Source of the DNA: Trichoplax sp. H2
Taxonomy: Eukaryota
Assembly (NCBI GenBank): GCA_003344405.1
Contig: NOWV01000002.1
Coordinates: forward strand, 310,001 to 374,000
Direction of reading: 5' to 3'
DNA length: 64,000 bases
Below, piece by piece: positions 42,035-53,094 of the stretch. Under the pieces are notes generated by a model. The model made no database searches. It was not told where the DNA came from and was given only the letters and a program-made list of their open reading frames with translations. How positions within the stretch are numbered: the stretch's first letter is position 1; each line of letters opens with the position of its first letter. The position numbers and the translations under genes were made by a program.

Positions 42035-43238
42035 GCTATTCTTTGCATTGAATCAGTCCTATTAATATGCACCAGAGTATTTGCAACATGCTTATCTTCC
42101 TTTTTCTAAGTGCAAGTAACACTGTACTGTCTGTACTCGATCGTTTATTATGAATGAGTACATGCTGGGGCTACAAATACTGATAATAAATTCTGAATTT
42201 AATTGAATATTTCTGATTTTATTTGTGTTACAAGCAACAGTTCACATAGGATAAAATTATGAGAAATTCGCAATTTATGCAGTAAAATGTTACAGCGGAT
42301 TGGTGTGGAACGCCTTCATAGATCATTCGTGTAGTATATTTGCACTCCAGCCAAAATTAAAATACGTTGCTATCATTTATCACACTTAAATTCACATACA
42401 AATATATAAAAGTATATCAATAAGCTCTTATCGGCAACTAATAATACAGCTATGTCCTTATTCGTATATAATCCTATAACATGTCTCTTATCAATAGTTA
42501 AATAAAATGTTCCTAATATTGTAGTCTTTAATGCAAAGTGCATTAAGTTATTGAAAAAGGTATCAAATACTTATTTTATAGTACTACAGTAAATAAACCG
42601 TTATTCAATCAGTCATTTATAGAGTTCAGTATCGGATTTCGAAGATTGTAATTTATTCATCCTATAGTAAAAATAAGTGTAGTAAAAAGGTTATAAAGAC
42701 ATATACAGTATAACTTTTAATTTGTTAAAAACTTACTTATTTGAATGGAATCTTCTAAAATAGCTTCTTGCTCTTCTAGCAGGTTTTCCTCCATGAAACT
42801 ATAGAAAATAAAGAATGTATAGATCATTCCTTAAATGGCTATAACAAAAAAGAAACAATGTCTTCTGATTGATATTAGCATATTGCAATTTTAGCATATT
42901 AACATAGAAATACTTGTTCAGACATTTGCGTATATCAATACACTATTTTACTTAATACTACAATCATTAAAACTTCAATAAACTATAGTAATCAGCGATT
43001 TCACTTCAACTCACTGTTGCATACTTCTCTCTTAAGTCAATTATCTCAAATTTTTCTCGTTCGTATGTTCCTTGCTCTTCTTGATACGACGATTCAAATG
43101 TTCCTTGATCTTCGTGATACGATCTACATTTTTCCATCGTATTCTCAGGCGATCTGAACAATGTACGAAGTGTAGAAAAAGTTTTCTGTCGTCCATACTG
43201 TGACTTTGTCGCTTTTCCTTTTATAGTCGATACAATTA
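42035..43238 (-). CDS. Probable additional coding exons (43238-43015/43025, 42798-42737, 42105-onward), likely an alternative SOWAH C-terminus
   Basis: Open ~220-nt exon with acceptor TTATTATTAG and internal repeat SYHEDQGTFE/SYQEEQGTYE, phase-compatible with a GTAAGA donor after 44095. The reading frame downstream is ambiguous. Confidence 0.35.
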
Positions 43239-43975
43239 CTAATAATAACGTATTCAGTAAAAAAATGTTCGAAAAGCAATAATTCAGAATAGATTTTATA
43301 TAACTCCATAATTATTTATATATTTCCTTCTATTGGCTTTCCGCTTCATTTGGTTAGGAATAAATTATTATGCTTCTGACAAAGCAAGATTAACAAGAAT
43401 ATCTTAAACATAAGAGTTCGCTCACAAGTTATATTGTATTAGAAATCTTACCACACAATAAATTGTTAGCTTTATATATATGTACTACAGAAAGCGTTAA
43501 ATTTATTTAATATTAAGAAGAGCTTGTTAGTGTTAGATGAAAATGCCATTAGTTTTAGTGAGTTTTATATAAATTTATGCGCATCAATAATACAGATTTT
43601 CAATATATACAACTTTAAAATACTGTATCTTCCATTAATATAACTTAAAGGCTTCATTAAATGAATTAAACTATACATGAGAAATGTTAGAAGCGACAGA
43701 AATATTCAAAAGTATAACGTATCAGAATTAGGGACTCGTGATAAGTGACAGTTTTTATTATAAAATTTTTCCAATTAATCCTAAACGTGTATGTAAGACT
43801 TCACAGTAGATACATCAAAAGTCGCATCAGACTTACGATCATCCTAATACGATATTGATATCGTAAAGAAAGATGATTTGCATTAGTAGAGTGGTTAGAA
43901 AATATTGCAGCAGTTAGCAATTAGCGAAATCTGCGGTAGCAAAGATGTAATTTCTAGTAAGATCAATTGTCAGCG

Positions 43976-46900
43976 CTAAACTGTTGACATAGACTTTTTA
44001 GGGGTTACTGGTGAGGCAGGTAAAGCAGCAGCAGCGACAAGAGCAATAGCGGTAGATGCAAAAGAAGGCGCAGCTGAAGAAGAATCTTTCTTACGGTTTG
44101 CATTTGCTGAATGTAAATTCATAAAGGATCCTGGCCTTTTGCCGCTGTAATCCCTAATGCTAGGGTCTGCTTCTATAAAGACGAAGAAAATCAACCATTG
44201 ATGTGATAGTTAATTTTTGTGTTGAATAAAGATAACCAACTTACTGTATTTAATGATTAGCAGCTTTGCAATATCCTCATGATCATGCATTAAAGCCAAA
44301 TGCAACGGTGTGTAGCCCTACGTAGAAATAACATTATGAACGTTAGCCTCCAAAAAGTAGCTCTTCCCGATAGAATTAAGCAATAGACGATATTATACGT
44401 TGTGTAATATCAAAACATTTACCCCCTACGAGTGTTTGCGGTTGATTTTCAAAATTTAGAACGCGGTAATTATGTTAACAAAAGAGACGGATAATAAATA
44501 ATTGGTTAAAACATTTTTTAAACAGATCAAGTTAATTATGCTAAGAAATAAATTGAAATTTACATTCGATACTATAATACAGTACATTTAAGGAGAGCTA
44601 GCACTTACATTCTAATTGAAATTGAGTTCCAGATTGTAGTAATGTTACATACGTCGTATAGACAAAAAGAAACAGTGATGGTTAAGCATAATTATACAAT
44701 ACACGGAAATCTATATCATAAAACTAACAGATCTGATATTAGCATCAGCTCCATGGCCACATAGAAATCCTACCACATCGGCGTTGCCTTGCTTCGCTGC
44801 CCAATGTAATGCAGTCTATGACATTAAATGATGTGTTAAGTATTGTTTCCATCAGATCAAATTAGATCCAGTAAATCATGATTGTAGTCTATGGTATCAC
44901 TTACATACTACGAAATATGCCCGGGTACGACGAATATCCAACATTAAATTAATTTAAAATAGATTTAGAAAGCATTACTCTAAATATCATCTATCCTTAT
45001 TAGTAAGTTCTAGTGTATAAGCGCTAGATATTATATAGGCTGAAAGAATATAGCTAAACAGACATTTTATATTCGAAATTGAAGATAAACGATTTGTGCT
45101 AAGAGAGGATAATTCCTATACTAATATGTTAGCAAGTAGTTGTGAAGCTTGAGCGATTCTTATTTCAACTCACCCCCTATATCGAAGATAAATAATAAGT
45201 ATGATTTACAGATATATAATCGATAGCATAACCTAATAATATTTATTTGCAACACATCATAATATATACTGTATACTGTATATAGTAAGTCTGTACTGTA
45301 TTCAATCAGGATCAAACGTACCGAAACAAAATCTCGTCTATCAAGTAAAGATTCATCTTTCTCTAAAAGCGTCTTTAATAAATGAATATTACACATTGAT
45401 GACCATCTCATCCAGTCATGTTCCTCAGCATCCAGCTATAACATCCAATAACATCAACAGATAAAGTATGAGTTATGTTTCTATACTATATTTACAAATA
45501 CAGCTATTAAAATACAATAGAATAATCGGAGATTCATACTGTAGTGAATAATGATTTTAATTATTTTGATGCACTACTAAGGAGAAAATATCACTTTTCA
45601 GCTAAATGTAGAATACTCAACAATCATACAGTTCTATGCATAAAATCTGTGTAATTACATGTAATAATAGATACACGCATAACAATCTTGAAATCATAGT
45701 AACTCACTAACCCCGTAATAATAATCGTCTTCGACGCTGTCTGCATCTCCCTGAAACAAACGCGATTCATTACAGTAGGTTAGATTATTCTAAATTGTAA
45801 GTTTTTAGTTAGAAATAACATATCAATAAATGCTAGAATAGCCATTTGTTCGTATAATTATTTTAAGCGCTGTGTCTTATTCATAAAAAGGTTTCAACCG
45901 TTGATGTTTTTACATCGTTATTGACAGAACTGATATTATCAATTATAAATAGTCTATAACACTTACATCATCAAGCTTGGGGGAAAATAACGCAAAAAAT
46001 GGAGAACATGTACAAGAAATAGCACAAGCAATTATAAAATAAAAAGCAGCAATTTTATGTGTTAATATTTTAAAATCAACTTTCTCCTACAGTTGGTCAA
46101 AAAAAGGAATTCATATATAAAAGAAACAATATTGTTTATACTAACTTCCACTAATTCACTAGTCGGCTGTTCTTCAGAAATGGCTGTTAAATCAGCAATA
46201 GTGCTCATTTTTGTAGATCTTAATATCGACGGTGAATTGGTCATTCCGTTACCACTCGGTTTTCTTCTTAAAGACATCCTTCCTTTAGTGTCGTCGGTTG
46301 TACTCCTTCCTATAGGACCTGCAGTAGTAATACTAGATTTCTTGCGATTGGGTGTACGTACATATTCAGAACCCTAGTTTAGGTGTGTAATGAGCAATTT
46401 TCTTTTTGAATATTCATTTCTCAAATGTTACGAGAGTGCAAAGAGAGAAATTACCAATAACTAGTCAGTCATACCATTGCTATAATCATTTTAATTTTAA
46501 TTGAATATATATCGTTTTCACCTTTGATGCTCGACGCTTCGAAGTAGTGCTATAGCCTCCAATGGTTGAGACTTTGGGTGTTCTATCTAATGAATCGTAT
46601 TTACTCATTGATCCATCAGCTATCGCATCTTCCGAGATGGTTGTTAAACTTTCGTCTCTTCCAACCGGTACAGAATGAGATTTATCATAAATTTTCTTGA
46701 TAGGAATATCATCATCCTCATCAATACTTGCACTGCCCGCCATCGATACTCGTTGATCGGACGAGCTATCGTCGTTTCTAGTTGAATTTGAGGTTAAAGA
46801 ATGATTGTCATCACTTTCATCGTCATTGTAAACAGTGGCAGGTGCTGCAGTAGTGGTCCCTTCATATTCTTTGTTTCTGAATTCGGGCTTCAAAACGAAG

Positions 46901-47999
46901 TAGTTGATTTGCTTGATATTAAAGTATTTAGAAAAGAGCTCAAATTAGTCCACTTTTTATGTTATTATATCGTTATGGACATCGTGTAAGGTATGCTAGA
47001 GTGCTCGCTCAAATGGGAATATTGATTATGCAATTAAAAACATTTACGCGTACACCGTATAATCTATTTTTGTTTGATTTAGTTGATACTTTCATCAAGA
47101 TGGCAGTCAGCAATTTCGCACTGTATTAGTGGTATACGCCAAGTGTTATCAAGGTTTCTGTGAAAAAGAGTTGATGCAAGGTGTTCTATTCTTACTCATT
47201 CTGTATGCTTGTTCAGTAGAGCAGAGATTTAGCACTACACCAGCAATCCAGTTTTAATATACTCGTAAACACTTTAACACGATTGCGTATCTAAGAGTAT
47301 CACTACTAAGAGTAAGATAGCAGCATCACCAGGTCGACAGAACCTTTCCCGAACCCTAATTTATTTCATTTCAAACGAGTTCATGCTAATCTATCGTACG
47401 ATACAATCTAGACAAAAATAGCGAATCCATCCATGATGGCTTGTAAAACCAGTGTTTATTGATACTATATGATGTTATTAGGGATCAAAGTGCCTATCTA
47501 CTGAATATGGCAAGTTTTTACCATGTAAGATAACGAAATATTGTCAAATTACTGCTAAACTTATTCATCGTTTTCTCGATTATTCCTGTCGATATTCTTT
47601 ATTCCAGTACAGTACGTAGATCAACAACGCTATCCTAGTGACTAAAATCAATACTAGGATATTGCTGATTTGGAAGAGCACACGTAAATTATAGGCTTAT
47701 ACTATCAATGCATAACAAGCCATTGTAAAACGAATTGCTTTTGATAGTCTACTTACATCAATTTTCTCAATAGTTGTTAAAGCGTTTAATCCGTGACGGA
47801 AATCGTCCCGATGTTCTATGTACAATTAGGATATTATCAGTTTTATGACAATAACATGTGATAGAGTATTCGTTGATGATATCATACCTCGAATAGACTG
47901 CTTGAAATGCTTACTAAATACTTCATCTTTGACCCTAAAGTTATGCTCAACAAAGTACTGCTTAATTGCCTCTCTGACTTCTTGACTTGTGCTAGCCAT
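43976..47999 (-). CDS. SOWAH: SOWAH (sosondowah) family ankyrin-repeat protein, multi-exon with microexons
   Basis: N-terminal helical domain MASTSQEVREAIKQYFVEHNFRVK..HFKQ..FRHGLNALTTIEKID/QINYFVLK, low-complexity linker, LDAEEHDWMRWSS..LLDRRDFVS-G-Y-TALHWAAKQG..ANIRS-N-G-GYTPLHLALMHDHEDI..ADPSIRDYSGKRP (family-typical ending). Confidence 0.88.
44423..44425 (-). other. 3-nt microexon GGG (Gly) of SOWAH
   Basis: Minus strand: cactcgtag|GGG|gtaaat. Confidence 0.75.
44609..44611 (-). other. 3-nt microexon AAT (Asn) of SOWAH
   Basis: Minus strand: caatttcaattag|AAT|gtaagt. Confidence 0.78.
44905..44907 (-). other. 3-nt microexon TAT (Tyr) of SOWAH
   Basis: Minus strand: catatttcgtag|TAT|gtaagt. 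Confidence 0.8.
45174..45176 (-). other. 3-nt microexon GGG (Gly) of SOWAH
   Basis: Minus strand: tttatcttcgatatag|GGG|gtgagt. Confidence 0.8.
45967..45975 (-). other. 9-nt microexon CTTGATGAT (Leu-Asp-Asp) of SOWAH
   Basis: Minus strand: ttattttcccccaag|CTTGATGAT|gtaagt, between two phase-0 exons. Confidence 0.7.
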
Positions 48000-48202
48000 T
48001 GCCACGTTATCGATTAGATTAGTTGATGATTTCTTTTAACAGCGACTAGATGGTATAACATCCATGTACTATACAATGGTGATAGGTATCCCTTTGCCAC
48101 GTTAAGCAAAGCAATTTAATCGTTAATCTTTCTAACTCTAAATCAATTAAAGTTAGCTAACTGCGCCCAGCGCTATTTCGACAGCAACAGCATCCGGATC
48201 AA

Positions 48203-48322
48203 GGCCTAGATCGAGGATCAGATCTAGGCCGAGACCTGACAGCTACCGTACTGTACCCTACAGTACGGTACAGTACTGTACAGTACGAAGAATCCTCGCG
48301 TTACAGTACTGAGTACTGTACT
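48203..48322. promoter_or_regulatory. Palindrome-rich putative SOWAH promoter
   Basis: GGCCTAGATC-8nt-GATCTAGGCC (48203-48230), TACCGTACTGTA-ccc-TACAGTACGGTA (48244-48270) and CAGTA/TACTG repeats, about 200-320 bp upstream of the ATG. Confidence 0.55.
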
Positions 48323-48724
48323 CGAAATCATCACAACTGGAGAAATCCTTGGGTGTGGCTATCGAAATCACGGTTCCAATGGACGATATCGCTGTACAGA
48401 AGGGGGCTCAAAGTAGTTTTTGGAAGAAGAGTGGGCCAAAAAATCATTATTATTTTACCTTCTATCATCAGATCAATCTTTTATGCATACCTAGTTTCAA
48501 CATTCAATAGCAGAGTGGCAGAGAATAGTAGTATACTTCTATGATAGCTAGGATACTGTGCTAGACTGCATGCTCGTACTGTATAGGATCGATCCATCGC
48601 CCTGCTATGACGCTTATCCATTCGTTTTATCTAGGAAATCGAACTGTTATATCTGATTGAATTGAAATTAAATAATTACTTCCATGATGGGATAGACACT
48701 TTTGGAGGTGGCGATTGAATATGA

Positions 48725-48965
48725 GAAGGTGCTATAAAATGATCAACGCAGCATACAGTATGCAGGACTGTGTAATGAATGAATATAGACAGCTACTATT
48801 CGCGTCTACTATCAATCGATACCCAGCTATATTAGTAATTGTGGAATAGGAGGTGATATAAACTGATTAGTATAGCATGCAGGATTGTGTCATGAATGAA
48901 TATAGATAGCTACTCTTCTTGTTTACTGTCAACCAATATAGAGCTATATTAGCAGTTGTTGGAGA
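48725..48965. repeat. Diverged tandem duplication of ~120 bp
   Basis: ATGCAGGA.TGTGT.ATGAATGAATATAGA.AGCTACT..AGCTATATTAG occurs at ~48760 and ~48877. Confidence 0.85.
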
Positions 48966-50083
48966 GCTCAAGATATAGATATACCGTAGAGCTTTAAAGA
49001 CACTTCGTTGAAACTCCGACCAAAAGCAAGAGACTGTCGAGTAAGGATGATGTAAATTAAAGACTCTTAACGAAGGGTGTCTAATGTAAATGTGTCACTT
49101 TTAAATACAACCGTACGCGTATGTTTATAGTACTGCAATGTTATCCGGTTACTGATTTGCTAAATCGTGTTATAAATTTGTAAAAGGAATATTGGGTAAG
49201 TTTGTAAGGAAATGCAATATTAATAAAATCCGAATGGAAACTCTTTATTTATTTGCTGTCATATTGGTCATGAATAGCCTTATCTGGTAAAGGAGACGGA
49301 GCAGAGTCTTATATCCGGTTGTAAAAATTGTCCTAAAATAATTTTCATGGACTGCAAAATTTAATTTTTGTCCATTTTTTTTAAATTGAAATCAAGTGGA
49401 ATGAAAATGTTTATGCAGAAAAGTCTAGAGTGTTTTAAGTAATATCATGATCCAGCTCGATCGATCATATCGTTATTATGAATCAATCGAGCTATACCAT
49501 ACGAACGGAGTAAAGTATTCATAGTACTGTAGCTATACAAGGTATGGTATGACTATAAGTGCGCTCATGGAAACAGTGTATAGCACTCAGTATTAAATAG
49601 ATTTAGAATTTTTATATCAAAAACCAATTTGAAATCAATTTTATAAATTCTATGAAATCAACCAAACCATTTTATTCAGCCTTAAGCTTAATACATCATA
49701 TAAGGAGTAAAATGCGCAAAAAATAGCATTTTTAAGCCTATAATTTTCCCAATATTGAATAGATTTCAGATTTTTGATTATGTTACAATCCATAAATGCA
49801 TTCGCCATTTTCATACTAATCAATATAGTACAGTACCAAATCTACTGTACTTTATACTGTATCATCGGCCATCTCTGCGGCAGCGCACCAAAAGGTGTCT
49901 CGCCCACTAAAGTTTCTAGTAGTCCATGCATGTACTAGCGTTTGATACAAGTTCTACTGTATTTGCTAGTCACTTTAACTGTACTTGACATCTGTAACAG
50001 TCATGGTACAGTCCTTGGGAGAAGCATTTGAGCAATCGCAGAAGCAGACCAACCCTTGAGCCAGCTTCGCGTGAAAATTGCTG

Positions 50084-50097
50084 GTTGCCATAACAAC
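50084..50097 (+). promoter_or_regulatory. X-box (RFX site) upstream of DYDC
   Basis: GTTGCC-AT-AACAAC, one mismatch to GTNRCC-N2-RGYAAC, 326 bp upstream of a ciliary-type gene. Confidence 0.55.
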
Positions 50098-50422
50098 AAT
50101 AAAAAAATACGTTCTCAATAGAGAACATATTACTATATCGGGCACTGTAGAGGTAGAGTCGATGTTGTACAATGTTTTTATACATATAGATGACATACAC
50201 AGCACATATCAAACTCTCTTCCTATCGTCCTAATCGCATAGAGTTAAATATTAAGATAAACGAAATAGAAGAATCTTAATTTACCAGTTCGTCCATAATT
50301 GCATACTTATAGGTATTACTGTATAACGCAATCGGAACTGCAAACCTCTTGTAGTTCATAAAGTACTTCAATATCAGTTTATTGCATCAATTGCCTTGTC
50401 ATAATACAATCTTAATCCTAAA

Positions 50423-51707
50423 ATGGATGTCGATTACTTAAAAAAGAATGTTAGTGATGCATTGGCAGAAGGATTGAAAGAAGTCGTCGAAAAAAGACCA
50501 GGTGATCCTATTGAATTCTTGGGACATTGGCTGATCAAGTACAGGCAAAACCAACTCGATAATCAAAAGGTTAATAAAATGATAATATTTATCAGTTAAA
50601 ATTGGGGTGCAAATACCCTAAAGAATTATATTAATTATAGCCTCGACATAAGACGTGCTAAATCAATTCAGAAATCACTGTATACGTGCATCTAAAACCG
50701 TTATAACGTAGCAGTAATAAGTTACATCAACATCACAATTATTTTACATCAGATCCAAAATATTATTTTAGCAGGCGATCAAGATAAAGTATGTGCATTG
50801 ATATAGAAATAACAATTAATTGTGAATAACTTTTTATTCTTAGTTTTATATAAAATTTACTGCTGTATAGTAGTAGATGCCCAAAAAGTAACCGATATAC
50901 TATATACTTATATTGTTAAGTATTAATATTATGCCTCGGAGAATCATGCATTATCTTCAAATCTGAAGTAAGGTATAGAACTAATTTCAATCTTAAATGC
51001 AAACTAACAATGATACATAACTGTAGGAACTTGAAGAAGAAGAGAAAATAAGACAAGAAATTCTAGAGATAGAACGTGAAGAAGAACGAAAGCGAAAAAT
51101 CCAAGAAGAAATACTGAGATTAGAGAAGGCGAGAGAAGAAGCTAGGAAAAGAGAAGAAGCAGAATTAGCTGCATCAATCCAGGAGGCTCGTATAACGAAT
51201 GCTGACCTTATTGATAAAAAAGAAGAAGAAAAAGTAGAGGTGCCACAGTCGCCTATCATTATTGGCGATGGAGAGGAAGAAGGTGAGAATGGCTATGGCA
51301 TTGATTTTATAAATACGTAATCTAGCCTTAAATCTTATGTAACTCATAGAATGCTATCTAAAGCAAGCAACCTACTTTTTCCAATCTCTGCATCGGATAA
51401 TTTTATTTCTTAGTGAATCTGCAATTTCAATAACTTTCTTTCATTGAATACGTGTATATAGAGAGAGATGATGACGATCAATCTAGAGGAAGCTCCAGAT
51501 CAGTAGCAGATAGCAGAGATGGAGAAGAAAGGCCATCAACTGTAGATAAAGAAAGTGAAATTGATCCCGAAGCTGGTAAAGACTAATTCCATTGCTAAAT
51601 TTTTATTTCATAGCTGATTAATTATAGTTGATTTTTTTAATATACCATTGTCAAATAAACTACATCATTACTAATATTACAATATTTATGGTATAGCCGA
51701 GGAATAA
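50423..51707 (+). CDS. DYDC1: DPY30 domain-containing protein (DYDC1/2-like, radial-spoke type); exons 50423-50569, 51027-51282, 51462-51574, 51697-51707
   Basis: MDVDYLKKNVSDALAEGLKEVVEKRPGDPIEFLGHWLIKY (Dpy-30 motif at the extreme N-terminus), then an E/K/R-rich coiled coil and an acidic tail. The last micro-exon is less certain. Confidence 0.85.
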
Positions 51708-53094
51708 GATAGCAATGCACCCTTGAAATAATTTCGACAGTCAAGGCTGTAAATAATAATATAACTGCACCTTATGGCTCCTGAAAGAAAGAATAAAGAA
51801 AACACAATTTTCTGACTATCAACATGTACGTAAATTCTGTTAGTATACGGTATTGTGAAGCTAAAGGTAATTGATTACGATTATCCTTCGATCTTATACC
51901 AATCTTGTTCATAATTTATTAATTAACTAAACGGAACGCTTGTTTACTTAAAGTTGGAGATGCGATTCATGCATGAATACTAATCCAGTAATGATATTTG
52001 CTACCAATTCATTTGTATATTATAAGGTCATAACATTTAAACTGTCCTTACTAAAATAAAGTGTAAATCGTACTTGAATCTTAAGGTATATTTTCGATTT
52101 TGTACAAAAACCGCTATTTTACTATAAGCGTGTATTAATTTAAAGCTTGCATAACATGAATAACCATATAAAAGTAAGAAGTTTAGCTAGTGCTTAAATT
52201 ATATTCCACAATAATGTTTACAACCTTGTAATTTATAAAATAATAAGAGTACGAAATAGAATTAGTAAATAATTGAGACTTGGGATAGATTTTCATTATA
52301 CTTTCATTTACCATAAAACTTATAAGCAAGCGCCCTATTCTGTAAGTTATGGACCAAAATATCAAACATGAATAACATTGGTTATAATAAACTGCTTATG
52401 TAGAGCTTTTACACTTTTGATAATGTGAAGAACTAAATATTAAAATTACAATTTGTGAAGAATGATTCTGATGTACTTTATCATAAGAAGCAACAAATCA
52501 TGAATCGTTAACACGTAACTGTAATAATGTCTGCTATTAAAATTACATATAATTGTGCGTTGCACATTAGTAATTAGCATGCTAGCTAATTAGTAATCCT
52601 ATATAGTACTTCAGCTAGTAGTTCAATTACTCTTCACTATATCGATGAATATATCTCTAGAAGACACATAATATCAAATGCTAGAATAAACTCGTGCAAC
52701 TATAGTTAGATACATTTTGTATCGTCTGCATTTCTCGACAATGTTAATGAATAATTCTTCTTAGATAAATTTGGTGACAATATTTTTTAGTCTAATTAGT
52801 AAAGACTGCAGCATTGTTATGGTTGAATCTAGATATGTAAATCTTACCCGTACGTTTTATTCATACCCCTATTATTTTTTGTTCGATTGTTTGTAACTAA
52901 TTTACACCAATATATTAAACTTATCTGCTATTAATTGTGTGATAAACGTAATTTTATTCAGTACTATTTTTCTACAAAATTATCAGAAGACAAAGTTACG
53001 AAATTGGCTATTCAATAATCAAATTTACTTTATTTAACTTTTATTCAATTCTTGAGTAGTTTAAATAACACATTGTAGCAAAACGATATCCTGT

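Noticed and set aside
43837..43843. tattag|GATGATC|gtaagt 7-nt microexon candidate downstream of SOWAH
   Set aside because: Joined to the phase-1 donor at 44095 it creates an immediate TGA; no protein-level support.
47196..47200. tacag|AATGA|gtaaga 5-nt microexon candidate in SOWAH intron 2
   Set aside because: It would put AAT GA between phase-0 exons and shift the frame; the flanking exons already join sensibly.
50772..50788. Candidate 14/17-nt DYDC microexon (ttagcag|GCGATCAAGATAAA|gtatgt)
   Set aside because: Length is not a multiple of 3 between phase-0 exons; it would need a second, poorly supported microexon.
50993..51259. Ser/Phe-rich minus-strand ORF and other antisense ORFs (11371+, 31491+, 34472+, 46093+, 53139+)
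   Set aside because: These are antisense shadows of real exons.
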